Notes under the pieces: model-generated
What the model was told of the DNA's origin: nothing
Database searches by the model: none
What the model saw: the letters and a program-made list of their open reading frames with translations, nothing else
DNA from: an uncultured Gemmatimonadales bacterium
GTDB taxonomy: Bacteria > Gemmatimonadota > Gemmatimonadetes > Gemmatimonadales > GWC2-71-9
NCBI GenBank assembly: GCA_963728915.1
Contig: CAVSLV010000004.1
Location: 448,001 to 512,000, forward strand
Reading direction: 5' to 3'
Length of the DNA: 64,000 bases
Part shown: piece after piece, positions 20,516 to 31,116 of the stretch
Numbering within the stretch: position 1 is the first letter of the stretch
Layout: each line of letters opens with the position of its first letter
Translations under genes and position numbers: made by a program

Positions 20516-21526
20516 CTAAGCCGCAGACTCACGCCCGGCCATCTGAAGTGACCTCACCGGTTGCCGCGGCCGCCAATGCGACGCCGACACCGTCATCCGC
20601 AGCCCCCGCCGGAACTCCACCCTCGGCCTGAAACTGACCGCGGCCACGAGCCCGCTCACATCCGCCAGCGAATCCCGCACGTCCCCCGGCCGCGCTGGCC
20701 CATAGACCGCTTCCACGCTCGTCCCCGTGATTGAGCAGATCTCCTGCCAAAGCTGATTCACCGATACCCGCTCCCCGCACCCCACGTTGAACACCCGCCC
20801 GCTCACCGCCTCCGCCGGCGACTCGGCCGCCAGCAGGTTCGCCTGGACCACGTTGTCTATATAGGTGAAGTCCCGGGTCTGCTCCCCATCCCCGTGAATC
20901 ACCGGCGCAGTGCCCGCCAGCGCAGCCGTGATGAACTTGGGGATCACCGCCGCATAGTGGGACTCCGGATCCTGCCCCGGCCCGAATACGTTGAAATACC
21001 GGAGCACCACCGTCTCGAGCCCGTACACCAGCGCGAACACCCGCACGTAGTGCTCCCCGCAGAGCTTGGCCACCGCATAGGGAGACCGCGGATTGGTCGC
21101 CATGCTCTCCCGCTTGGGCAGCTCCGGCGTGTCCCCATACGCCGAGCTGGACCCCGCGTACACCAGCCGCTTCACTCCCGCGTCCCGTGCGGCGACCAGG
21201 AGATTCAGCGTCCCGGTCGCGCAGGCCGCGTGGGTCGATACCGGGTCCTCCACGCTCCGCGACACCGACGGAATCGCCGCCTCGTGCAGGATATGGGTAA
21301 CCCCCTGGCACGCCTCGGCGCAGGTCGCGGGATCGATGATGGTGCCGTGGATGAACTCGATCTGCCCGGCGAACTGAACGATCCGCTCCCGCTTGCCCGT
21401 GGAGAAATCGTCGATGGCCCGGACCCGTTCGCCCTTTTCCACCAGGGCGCGGATCAGGTGCGAGCCGATGAACCCGGCCCCGCCGGTCACCAGCCAGGAG
21501 CGCGGCGCCTTCCCGTTGGTGCTCAG
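20516..21526 (-). CDS. NAD-dependent nucleotide-sugar epimerase/dehydratase (extended SDR, WbpP/GalE-like)
   Basis: LVTGGAGFIGSH, SSSAYG, YAVAK (YxxxK), LRYFNVFGP, GDGEQTRDF; start possibly CTG 21526 overlapping upstream TGA. Confidence 0.9.
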   Translation of the reverse strand: MSTNGKAPRSWLVTGGAGFIGSHLIRALVEKGERVRAIDDFSTGKRERIVQFAGQIEFIHGTIIDPATCAEACQGVTHILHEAAIPSVSRSVEDPVSTHAACATGTLNLLVAARDAGVKRLVYAGSSSAYGDTPELPKRESMATNPRSPYAVAKLCGEHYVRVFALVYGLETVVLRYFNVFGPGQDPESHYAAVIPKFITAALAGTAPVIHGDGEQTRDFTYIDNVVQANLLAAESPAEAVSGRVFNVGCGERVSVNQLWQEICSITGTSVEAVYGPARPGDVRDSLADVSGLVAAVSFRPRVEFRRGLRMTVSASHWRPRQPVRSLQMAGRESAA

Positions 21527-22750
21527 AAGGACCCGAACCCCCAGCCGATGCTGGTCACGAGCCGGGCCCCGTCTCCCGCTCTTCCGGTGATATCCGCCGC
21601 GCCGATACCCAGCACCAGGCCGAGCTTCCGGAACGGCGCCAGCGAGGCGGACATCGTGAGGTCCTGACCGGTCCAGTTCGCGATCAGGGAGAGTGGCCGA
21701 ACCACCTGGACCGCCGCACTCCCGAAGACGCTGAGCCCGTTCTGCCCGAGCCCAACGGCCTGCTCCGACTGGAATCGCCCGTTCCCGACTCCGAGCGTGG
21801 TCAGGAGCCCCTGGTTCCTTCCCAGGCTCACGTAGTGGCTCGCGACCGCGTAGACGCTCCTGCCGCCATCGCTGGGCCCCCATGAGAGGGCGCTTTCCCA
21901 GCCGGCCGCCACCGCGAGCCCCTTTCCGAGCTGGCGGTGAAGCTTGATGTCCACCGCTCCGCGTCTGAAGGGAGCTTCACGGACCGTGCTGAACGAATAG
22001 ACGTTGACCTCGATCCCGATGTTCCGCCGCGGATTGCCCAGGCCGAATCCGCCCGAGGCCTCTCCGTCATTGGCGTCCACGTAGCGGGCCCGGGCCGCAT
22101 AGCTCAACCCGCCCCAGAGATCGCCCCAGCCGGCGCCGAACGCGGTCGGGGTATTCGCGCCCATCGAGGGGGCCGAACGGTCGCCCCAGCTCAGGTGGTC
22201 GTTATGGCAATCCTTGTCGTCGTGGTGATCGTCGCCGTTGCCGTGGTCGTCGTTGCCGCCATTCCCACCGTGGTCGTCGCCCTTGTCGCCGCCGTTTCCA
22301 CCCTTATCGTCGTTCTTGTGGTCGTCCTGCTTGGCCGGTTCCTGCTTGCCCTTGTCGTCCTTCTTATCGTCTTTCTTGTTGTCGTCCGGCTTGCCCTTGT
22401 CCGACTTGCCCTTCCCCCCCTTCCCCTCGTCCCCCCCCCTTCCCCCCGTCGTGATCGTCGGGCCGGCAGGAATTCGGGGGAGGGGGCGGGGGATGGTCAT
22501 GGCCCGGCGGCAGGTGGGACCGGTCGTGATTCTTGTCTTTGCCGTGGTCGTCGTTCCCGTGATCGTTCCCGTTCCCGTTCCCGTTTCCGTTCCCATTTCC
22601 GTTGGAGCCGGAGCCGCCTCCCTGGGAGCGTCCGGGGCTTTGGGCCAAGGCCGCCATCTGGAATGGGGGTACCACCAGCGTCAGTGCCAGGAGTCCAGAG
22701 AGGATTCGGGTCCGCACTCCAGTTCGTCCCATGGCAAGCATCCCGGTCAA
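21523..22750 (-). CDS. Secreted protein with Gly/Asn/Asp/His/Lys low-complexity region and C-terminal putative outer-membrane beta-barrel; split by one frameshift in a G9 tract
   Basis: Signal peptide ending ALAQ in ORF 22364-22750; DDHG/DDK repeats continue in ORF 21523-22596; frames join if C9 at 22431-22439 is C8; terminal WGFGSF beta-signal. Confidence 0.6.
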
Positions 22751-23001
22751 GAGGATTCCCGAGAAACGGAGGGGATTTTATCGAGGGAGCGTTACGAGAG
22801 CGTCACAACCCGCTTGTAGTATGGACACCGCACCTTGCCCCCCCCGTTTCCGGCCCGTAGCTTCTCCAGTGCGACCCGAAGGGAGCCCGGCAACTTCTCG
22901 GTGACGGCTGAGGCAAGGCGTGGTGCTTTCAATCTCAACCACGGCCGTTACAGCAGCGTCACAGATGACCAAGCCGGCTCTGCCAAGCCCGTTTACCCCC
23001 A

Positions 23002-26000
23002 ATGCCCCCCAGGCGGTTCGAGTTGGTCACGCTCGGCCCGGTCGTTCTGGTGGGAGCCGGCGGCGAGCTGGTCCTCGAGCAAATCCAAGCTCCTCGCCAT
23101 CCTGACCTGGATCCTGGCCAGCCCCCGAAAAACCGCCACCCGAACCCAGCTCGCCACCCTGTTCTGGGGTGACAGTCCTCCCGAGCGGGCGGGCCAGGCA
23201 TTGCGCACCGCCCTCTACCGGATCCGGACGCGTCTGGGCGATCCCGGGGCCGAGTTGTCCGCCGGCGAGGTCCATCTCTCCGTCCCGGTGACGATGGATT
23301 CGGACATCTTCCTCGCCGCCCTGGAAGCGGGGGATCTGGTCACCGCTGTCGCGACCTACACCGGCCCCTTCTTCTCCGAATACTCCGATGCCGGTACCGC
23401 CGACTTCGAGCACTGGGTGGACATCGAGCGGGAACGGCTCCAGAGTCTGTATCTCCGCGCCGCCGAAACCCTGGTGCACCGCTATCTCTCCTCGGGACGA
23501 ACCCTCGATGCCTTGAACCTCTCGCACCAGGTGCGCCGGTGTGCGCCCGAGGCGGAGCCGGGATGGCGGTCTCCTGCTCGAGGCTCTGCTCGCCCACGGC
23601 GACGACTTCGAGGCGCGGATCGAAGCCGAAGCATTCGCGAAGTGGCTGGACCAGCAGGATCGCTCGCCCGACCCGGCCTCGCGCCGGCTCCTGGAGATCG
23701 CGCGGGGGCGTCCGAAGGACCAGCCTCCCGAAGCGCGAGCCGAGACGTTCGCGGCCGAGCTGGTGGGACGCGAGCGGGAATTTTCCGCGATCATGGAGGC
23801 GTGGGAGCGATGCCGAACGGGGCCGGGCCAGGCACCTCCACCTGAGCTCGCCGTCGGGGTACGGGAAAACCCGACTGCTCGAGGAAGTCGCTCGGCGAAT
23901 CCGGACCCGAGAGGCCCGCGTGGTCTTCCTGCACGTCACCGCCGGCGAGCGCGACATCGAGTACGCCGTCGCCGCCAATCTCGCCCGCGAGCTGGGAATC
24001 CTGCCCGGGGCTGCGGCGAGTTCCCCCCGATTCCCTGCGGGTGCTCCTCGCTCTCCAGCCGGCGCTCTCGTCGCGGTATGCCGGTGTCGCCGCCGCGCCG
24101 ACGGCTCCCGATCTCGCCCTCCAGCGATCCCAGGCGCTGGGCGAGCTGCTGGTCGCGGTCGCCGAGTGAGCGGCCCCTCGCCCTGCTGGTGGATGACCTG
24201 CACTGGGCCGATCCCGAGTCGCGCCGGGTGTTGCGGTCGCTCGGAAGCCGGATGGAAGGGAATCCGGTGCTCCTGCTGACCACCGCGCGCCCGGGTTATG
24301 GGCGACCTGAGCGGCAACGCCGACGTGTTCCCGCTCCCACCCCTGTCCCTCTCCGAGACCGAGCTGCTCCTCACCTCGGCGGGGACCTTTCCGACCCCGG
24401 ACTGCGCCGCCCGGATGGCGTGTGCGCTGCACCGGGTCACCGGCGGGTCGCCCCTCCTCATCGTCGATGCGCGTTCGTGGCGCGCTCCATCGCGGAGAGC
24501 TCGCGCTGCAGGCGGGCGCCTGGACCAGCCCGAACATCGAAGCCCTGCTCCAGCGGCTCGAAAAGGAAGAACCGCTCGAGGTCCGGCTCGCCGCGCTGGA
24601 TCGGCTGGACCGGCGACTTCTGATGTTCTTTGCGGTCGCGGGAGCACCCTGGACGCCGGAGGACCTCTCGGCGCTCTCGGGAGATCCCCTGTTCGAGGTT
24701 CGCGCCCGCCTCGCGGCGCTGGAGCGCCGCGGGTACGTCGCTTTCTCGGAGCGGGGATGGGATCTCGGCAACGAGGACATCGCCGCCATCCTGCTCGAAT
24801 CGGGCGACCCCGAGGAGATCGGGACCGCGCACCTGGCGATCGGCTGTCAGCTCGCTGCCCGCGCCGAGGACCGGGTCATGGGCGCCCGGGCGGCACGACA
24901 CCTGGCTCTTGGGGGAGCGCGGAAAGACCTCTCAAGGTGGTGCGCCGGTGGGTTCTACGCCGCTCGGCGCTCGGGCGATCGTACCCCGATCGACGAGCTG
25001 GTCCGCGGCATGCTGGGCGGCATGGACGAAGTAGTCCCCCCGGTGGTGGACGCGCTTCCCTGGAACCTTCGCTACCGGCTCAACCCTGCGGTCCTGGCGA
25101 CCGGAATGGTCGCCGCCGCCCTGCTCGGTTCGCTGCTGCTCGCCCGGAGCCTGGGGTTCGCGATCCGGCCGGTCGAGGCGCGACCTGATGGTCCTCACGA
25201 CCGACCCGAGCGGTCACTACACGGACATAACCCGCTACCCGGTGAGTCGCAGCGGCCTGGGCCATCGACGCGCCGCTGGGGCGGGACGATGCCACCGGCA
25301 CCACGACCTGGCGGGGACTGGAGCGGTTGGTCGATGCAGTTCCCAGTCCCGACGGCCGGCGGATCGCCTTCGGCCAGATCACCGGCGATTCCGGGACGGT
25401 GGACCTGTTCCTTCGGGAGGCGAATGGCACGGTGCGCCGGCTCACCCACGCACCCGGGGACGATGTGGACCCGACCTGGTCTCCCGATGGCCGCTACCTG
25501 GCGTTTCGCACCATGCGCTGGAACGCGACGGGGGAGTTCGACCTGGGGATTCTCGATCTCGCCACCGGGGCGATGCGGCAGCTTACCGGTGGCAAGGACA
25601 GCGACCTGCACCCCCGCTGGTCTCCCGATGGAAGCCGGATAGGGTTCGTCCGGCAACGGGATGCCGATGGGGTCCGGCTCCTCTGCTGGGTCACCTTCGA
25701 CGGCAGCCGGTCACGTTGCCTGGACGAAATGCCGGGTTCACCCAATGAGCTGGCCGGCTGGCGTGACCCGGATCACCTGGTAACAACCACGTATTCCGCG
25801 GATCGGAAGGCCGGCCCCCTTCTCTCGGTGGCGGTCTCCACCGGGGCGACTCAGATCATCGCGCCCGGCGCGGACGGGCTGCCATTCCTCAGCTCGGACG
25901 GGGAGTGGATGACATTCGCCGAGAGGGATTCCACCCGGATCTTCCGGATCGACGAGCCCATGCGAAGGCGAAGCCTTGCCATTCCACAGGAGAGCCGGAC

Positions 26001-26927
26001 CTGGTTCGAACCCCGAAGGCGGCTCCCCGGCCCCCCGGCATTACGCCCCACGCCAACCCGCTTGGCTTTCGCCGGGGTTCCCCAGCTTCTCTCGATCGAA
26101 AGGGACTCCACTTCGGGCTATGGCTATCCCGCCGAAGTCCTGACCTGGCGTCCTCAGGATACCGCGATCGCGGTGGTGCTTCCGGATCGCAACGTGGTGC
26201 TGCCGGAGAAGGCGGGCGCCACCGTGATTGAAGTCTCTGCCGGCGGATGGCGGACAGCCTCGGTGCCGCTGACCGTGACCGAACCGTGGAGCCGCGTGGT
26301 CTTCTCGGAGCCTTGGGACGATGCGGCACTCGGCCGCTGGCAAACCGTCGGTACTCCGAAGCCGCTCGTCGTTCTCGACGAGGAGGGGAACTCCGCCTTC
26401 TTCATCAACGGCGATAACACGTTCGAGAGCGGCGTGGTATCGCGGGAGGCCTTTCCGGGAGATTCCGGCCTGGGTTTCGAAGCGAGGATCAGGATCCCGA
26501 TCACCGAAACCAAGTGGCAGTTCATCCATGTCACGCTGGGCACGCTGGGTCGGATCATCGACTACGGCGGCGTCTCGATCGACGGGTGCCCACTGTCCTT
26601 CCCTTTGGGCGAGGGTCGGGCGGTACGCAAGGTCGTCGGGTTGAAGGCGGACTCCCCGGGGGGGGATACCCGGGGCCCGGTCGAGCTGGGAGACGGCAAC
26701 TGGCACACGATCAGGATTCAGATCTTTCCCGACCGGACCTGCGGCTATGCGTTTGACGGAGTGCCTTTTTCCCGAAGCACCAAGCCGACCGTATCCTCTG
26801 TCCGAATCTTCGCCTGGCGATCTCGGGTCAGTCGGTAGGCACCCGGATTCTGGTGGGCCGGGTGGAGATCTGGAAAGGGGTCAGGACGGATGTGGACTGG
26901 AACACGGAGGGTCGGAGCGGTCGGTGA
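23002..26927 (+). pseudogene. BTAD/SARP-type activator + AAA ATPase + TM + PD40 (TolB-like) propeller + lectin-like domain protein, multiply frameshifted as given
   Basis: Segments in alternating frames: FELVTLGP / LATLFWGDS..ALRTALYRIR / FEHWVDIERERL / LVGRERE / GYGKTRLLEE / LLVDDLHWAD / PTWSPDG, PRWSPDG / GNWHTIRIQ / VEIWKGVRTDVDW..GR*. Confidence 0.7.
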
Positions 26928-26955
26928 GGTCGGGGGGTCGGAGGGAAGGGGAGGG
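26906..26955 (+). repeat. GGTCGG-core short tandem repeat array (left flank of four-helix-bundle gene)
   Basis: GGTCGGAGC GGTCGGTGA GGTCGGGG GGTCGGAG; 26919-26940 matches 27389-27410 at 21/22 nt. Confidence 0.85.
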
Positions 26956-27019
26956 AAAATGATCCGGGGCGCATTTCCCGGGTTGGGGAGCGCGGGCCCG
27001 TCCCGGCTAGACTGGGGAG

Positions 27020-27397
27020 GTGAAGCCCTACGAGCGGCTCCAGGCCTGGCAGAAATGCCACGAGCTGGTCCTTGCGGTATACCATCATACCAGTTCATGG
27101 CCAACAGAAGAGAAATACGGTCTGGTTGCCCAGGCGCGCCGAGCCGCGTATAGCGCGGCGGCCAACATCGTGGAAGGCTATGTCAAGCTCGGCCCCCGAG
27201 AATTCCGGCGTTTCCTGGATACGTCAGTCGGGTCTCTCTACGAGCTGGCCTACATCTTTCAGCTGGCGAAAGAGCTTGGCTTCGAAAAGGCGGGGGACCT
27301 GGAGCAGCTCGAATCGATCCGGGAATCGGCCGGGAAACTCACCTGGAGACTGTACGAGTCGATAAGAAAACGGGCGGTTGTTCAGGGAGGTCGGTGA
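27020..27397 (+). CDS. Four helix bundle protein (23S rRNA IVP / TIGR02436-like family)
   Basis: LQAWQK, WPTEEKYGLVAQARRAAYSAAANIVEG, FRRFLDTSVGSLYE; 125 aa. Confidence 0.9.
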   Translation: MKPYERLQAWQKCHELVLAVYHHTSSWPTEEKYGLVAQARRAAYSAAANIVEGYVKLGPREFRRFLDTSVGSLYELAYIFQLAKELGFEKAGDLEQLESIRESAGKLTWRLYESIRKRAVVQGGR

Positions 27398-27512
27398 GGT
27401 CAGGGGGTCGCCCGACCTCCCCGACCTCCCCGACCTCTCCGACCCTCCGACCCCCCGACCTCTCCGACCCCCCGACCTCCCCGACCTCCCCGACCTCCCC
27501 GACCCTCCGACC
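27386..27512. repeat. Inverted pair of GGTCGG / CCGACC tandem arrays (3 G-rich units then 12 C-rich 8-9-nt units)
   Basis: CCGACC(TCC/TCT/CT/CC) x12 at 27412-27512 between two convergent stop codons. Confidence 0.92.
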
Positions 27513-28012
27513 TACTTCCCCGCTTTCGTCGAATCCGGGAAGACCATGACATAGTTCAGGCGCCACTTCCCGTCGGCCCCCTTGTCCGCACCGACCACGT
27601 AGCGACCCCACTCATGGGTCATGGTCCCGTTCAGATCGTACAGGTCGTGGTAGGTGCCGATCTGGCTGGCCATGGCACTGGTGGTCGGGAAGGTCGCGAG
27701 CGGCATGATGTCCGAAGCGGAAAACTTCCGCGGATCGGCCTTGAGCGAGGCTTCAATCGCCGCCCGACCCTTGGTGCGGGGCATGCCGTAGGCGTCGACG
27801 GTCGCATTCTCGGTGTAGAGCTGCGCCAGTCCCGTCATATCTCCGGCCACCTGCAGCCGGGAATACGAGGTCCGCAGCGAGTCCACGCCCGCCATCACCG
27901 CGGCGGTGTCGAGACTCATGGCGCCGCCCGCCATCGAGCCGGCCATGGAATTGTCCTTCGGAGTGCAGGCTACCACCAGGCCCGCGAGCGCAGCGAACGT
28001 GACGAATCGCAT
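27512..28012 (-). CDS. NTF2/SnoaL-like (DUF4440-type) lipoprotein
   Basis: Lipobox VVAC; LYTENA, GRAAIEA, GRY..K..DGKWR. Confidence 0.75.
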   Translation of the reverse strand: MRFVTFAALAGLVVACTPKDNSMAGSMAGGAMSLDTAAVMAGVDSLRTSYSRLQVAGDMTGLAQLYTENATVDAYGMPRTKGRAAIEASLKADPRKFSASDIMPLATFPTTSAMASQIGTYHDLYDLNGTMTHEWGRYVVGADKGADGKWRLNYVMVFPDSTKAGK

Positions 28013-28023
28013 GATCGGTCTCC

Positions 28024-28536
28024 TCACTTCTTCACGGAAACGGTGGAATCCGAGAACACCATCAGGTAGGCCATCCGCCACTGTCCATCGGGGCCCTTGG
28101 CGATGGCCATGGCATACCGCCCGTAATCCATCATCGGCTTGGCCATTTTCTTGTTCGTGGGCGTGCTGCCTTCCATGTAGCTGCCGCTCTGGTAGGCCTG
28201 GTCATTGTTCACCGGGATGGTCATGTCGGGCATGAACATCATCGAGGTGTAGTGGTTCGCCTTGAACATCGGTTCCATGAAGGCCTGGATCGCCGCCCGG
28301 CCCATGAGCACCGGAGCGCCCCGGGCGTCGATCCTCGCACTGTCACCGAACATGGCGGCGGCGGCGGCGACATTGTTGGAGGTATCGGCGGTCACGTACC
28401 GCGCCAGCACATCGCTGACCGCGTTGCGCACCGCGGCGGAATCCACCGCGGGAGCTGCCGCCTGCTGCGGCGCCGGCTGGCTGCAGGCCAACCCCGCCAG
28501 GGGAACGAGCCACACTACGAGACGACGGCCGGACAT
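28024..28536 (-). CDS. NTF2/SnoaL-like (DUF4440-type) lipoprotein, paralog of neighbour
   Basis: Lipobox GLAC; GRAAIQA, GRY..KGPDGQWR..MVFSDS. Confidence 0.75.
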   Translation of the reverse strand: MSGRRLVVWLVPLAGLACSQPAPQQAAAPAVDSAAVRNAVSDVLARYVTADTSNNVAAAAAMFGDSARIDARGAPVLMGRAAIQAFMEPMFKANHYTSMMFMPDMTIPVNNDQAYQSGSYMEGSTPTNKKMAKPMMDYGRYAMAIAKGPDGQWRMAYLMVFSDSTVSVKK

Positions 28537-28564
28537 AGCGCGTCTCCAGGGAGGTTAAGGGAGG

Positions 28565-29194
28565 CTAATAGAGTACCCGGGAGGGACGGTTTTCGCCAGA
28601 AGACCCCGGTTCAACCCGGAGTGCGTGCAGGATGCTTTCCCGAAGGTCCTCGACGCCGAGCCCGGTCGTGCTGCTGGTCACGATCAGGTCCTCCACAGCG
28701 AGCCCCAGGTCCTGGGCCCGCTGGTTGGTGGCGCGTTTTCGTTCGGCCTGAGTCAGTTTGTCGGCCTTGGTGAGGACGACCAGGGTGGCCCGCTCCCGGT
28801 CGGCGAGCAGGTCCTGCATCTCCCGATCGTCCACCGACGGAGGGTGCCTGATGTCGAGCAGCCAGACCACGCCCTGGAGACCGGGACGCCTGCCGATGAC
28901 CCCGTCCACCAGCTTCCGGTAGGCAGCCCGGTCGCTTTTCGATGCCCGGGCCCAGCCATAACCCGGGAGGTCCAGCAGGTAACCCGCCGGCATCCGGTAC
29001 ACGTTGAGCAGGGTGGTCTTCCCCGGCGTGGCGCTGACCTTGGCCAGCTTCCGGCGCCCCGCCAGCGCATTCAGCAGGCTCGATTTGCCGGCGTTGGAAC
29101 GCCCGGCCAGGACGAGCTCCGCCCCGGGGGGCTCGAGGTGATGGAGGGGATCAGGAAAGCTGCCCACGAAGGCGAGGGGCAGCGGAGGGATCAC
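28565..29194 (-). CDS. engB: Ribosome biogenesis GTPase YihA/YsxC
   Basis: [27 protein letters not shown] overlaps clpX stop. Confidence 0.92.
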   Translation of the reverse strand: MIPPLPLAFVGSFPDPLHHLEPPGAELVLAGRSNAGKSSLLNALAGRRKLAKVSATPGKTTLLNVYRMPAGYLLDLPGYGWARASKSDRAAYRKLVDGVIGRRPGLQGVVWLLDIRHPPSVDDREMQDLLADRERATLVVLTKADKLTQAERKRATNQRAQDLGLAVEDLIVTSSTTGLGVEDLRESILHALRVEPGSSGENRPSRVLY

Positions 29195-30441
29195 GCTTCC
29201 TTGATCTGGCGGGGACGCTCCGTCACGACCAGGGGGACCTTCCCGTCGGTGATGCATTCCGGGGTGACCACCACCTCGCGCACGTCATCGCGCGAGGGCA
29301 GCTCGAACATGAGATCGGTCATCACCGTTTCCAGAATGGCCCGAAGTCCCCGGGCGCCGGTGGAGCGCTTGATGGCCTTGTGAGCCACCGCGCGGAGCGC
29401 CTCGGGGTCGAAGGTGAGTCCGACCGACTCCAGCTCGAACAGCTTCTGATACTGCTTGGTGATCGCGTTCTTGGGTTCGACCAGAATCCGGACCAGGGAT
29501 TCCTCGTCGAGCGATTCGAGCGGCACCACCACCGGCAACCGGCCCACCAGCTCGGGGATCATGCCGTAGCGGAGCAGGTCGTCGGGCTCGGCGTTCCCGA
29601 AGGGGTTCTTCCTGTCCGGCTCCGGTCCGGCCCGGTTTACCGCGTCGGAAAACCCGATCTGCTGCCGGCCCAGCCGTCCCTCGATGATCTTGTCGAGCCC
29701 GTCAAACGCCCCGCCGCAGATGAACAGGATGTCCTTGGTGTTGATCTGGATGTATTCCTGCTGGGGGTGCTTGCGGCCGCCCTGGGGCGGCACCGACGCG
29801 ACGGTGCCCTCGAGGATCTTGAGCAGGGCCTGCTGGACCCCCTCCCCCGAGACGTCCCGGGTGATCGAGGGATTTTCCGACTTCCGGGCGATCTTGTCGA
29901 TCTCGTCGATGTAGACGATGCCGCGCTCGCATTCGGAAACGTTGAACTCGCCGGCCTGGAGCAACCGGACCAGGATGTTCTCCACGTCCTCGCCCACATA
30001 ACCCGCTTCGGTCAGGGTCGTGGCGTCGGCGATGGTGAAGGGCACGTCCAGGATCCGGGCCAGGGTCTGGGCCAGCAGGGTCTTGCCCACCCCGGTGGGC
30101 CCGAGCAGCAGGATGTTCGACTTGTCCAGCTCCACCCCGCCGGCGTCCCGCCCGCTCGCCGAGTTGATCCGCTTGTAGTGGTTGTAGACGGCGACGGCCA
30201 GGGTCCGCTTGGCGCGCTCCTGGCCGATGACGTACTGGTCGAGGACTTCCTTGATCTCCGAGGGGGTGGGGACCTGGGTGATGTTGTCGACGACTTCGCG
30301 CTCTTCATCCTCCGCCAGGATCTCGTTGCAGAGGGTGATGCACTCGTTGCAGATATAGACGGACGGGCCGGAAATGAACTTCCGGACCGAATCCTTGGAT
30401 TTTCCGCAGAACGAGCACCGGAGGTGCTTGTCGTTCGACAT
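29191..30441 (-). CDS. clpX: ATP-dependent Clp protease ATP-binding subunit ClpX
   Basis: C4 zinc finger [35 protein letters not shown] loop. Confidence 0.98.
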   Translation of the reverse strand: MSNDKHLRCSFCGKSKDSVRKFISGPSVYICNECITLCNEILAEDEEREVVDNITQVPTPSEIKEVLDQYVIGQERAKRTLAVAVYNHYKRINSASGRDAGGVELDKSNILLLGPTGVGKTLLAQTLARILDVPFTIADATTLTEAGYVGEDVENILVRLLQAGEFNVSECERGIVYIDEIDKIARKSENPSITRDVSGEGVQQALLKILEGTVASVPPQGGRKHPQQEYIQINTKDILFICGGAFDGLDKIIEGRLGRQQIGFSDAVNRAGPEPDRKNPFGNAEPDDLLRYGMIPELVGRLPVVVPLESLDEESLVRILVEPKNAITKQYQKLFELESVGLTFDPEALRAVAHKAIKRSTGARGLRAILETVMTDLMFELPSRDDVREVVVTPECITDGKVPLVVTERPRQIKEA

Positions 30442-30493
30442 GGCCGCTTACCTCACCGGGACGGCTGAAAGCTGGGGAGCCCCACAGGCAGGG

Positions 30494-31111
30494 TCAAGTG
30501 GCGACCAGCTCGGGATGACTCGCCGGCGCGGTATGGGGCTCGAACACCTGATCGATGATGCCATAGGTCTTCGCTTCGTCGGCGCTCATGTAGCGATCGC
30601 GATCCATATCCTTCTCGATCTGCTCGACCGACTGGCCGGTGTGGAAGGCATACAGCTCGTTCATCTTGTTGCGCAGGTAGAGAATCTCCCGCGCCTGGAT
30701 CTCGATGTCCGACGCGCTCCCCTGCGATCCGCCCGAGGGCTGGTGGATCATGATCCGGGCGTGGGGCAGCCCGCTCCGCTTGCCCTTGCGGCCCGCCGCG
30801 AGCAGGAACGAGCCCATCGACGCCGCCATCCCCATGCAGATGGTGTTCACCGGGGCGCGGAGGTGCTGCATGGTGTCGTAGATCGCCATCCCGCTCGACA
30901 CCACCCCGCCCGGCGAGTTGATGTACATGTAGACGTCCTTCTCGGGATTGTCGGCATCGAGAAAGAGGAGCTGGGCGATGATGATGTTGGCGACATCGTC
31001 GTTGATCGGGGCGCCCAGGAACACGATCCGGTCCATGAGGAGCCGGGAGAAGATGTCGTAGGTGCGCTCGCCCCGGCTCGATCGTTCGATGATGTACGGA
31101 GGATAGAGCAT
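30494..31111 (-). CDS. clpP: ATP-dependent Clp protease proteolytic subunit
   Basis: [33 protein letters not shown]. Confidence 0.98.
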   Translation of the reverse strand: MLYPPYIIERSSRGERTYDIFSRLLMDRIVFLGAPINDDVANIIIAQLLFLDADNPEKDVYMYINSPGGVVSSGMAIYDTMQHLRAPVNTICMGMAASMGSFLLAAGRKGKRSGLPHARIMIHQPSGGSQGSASDIEIQAREILYLRNKMNELYAFHTGQSVEQIEKDMDRDRYMSADEAKTYGIIDQVFEPHTAPASHPELVAT

Positions 31112-31116
31112 GCTGG

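Noticed and set aside
27020..27397. Four-helix-bundle gene as Avd of a diversity-generating retroelement or as an rRNA intervening sequence
   Set aside because: No reverse transcriptase, TR/VR pair or rRNA sequence found in the window
27386..27512. Repeat arrays as possible CRISPR
   Set aside because: Units are 7-9 nt, directly tandem, without unique spacers; no cas genes in the window
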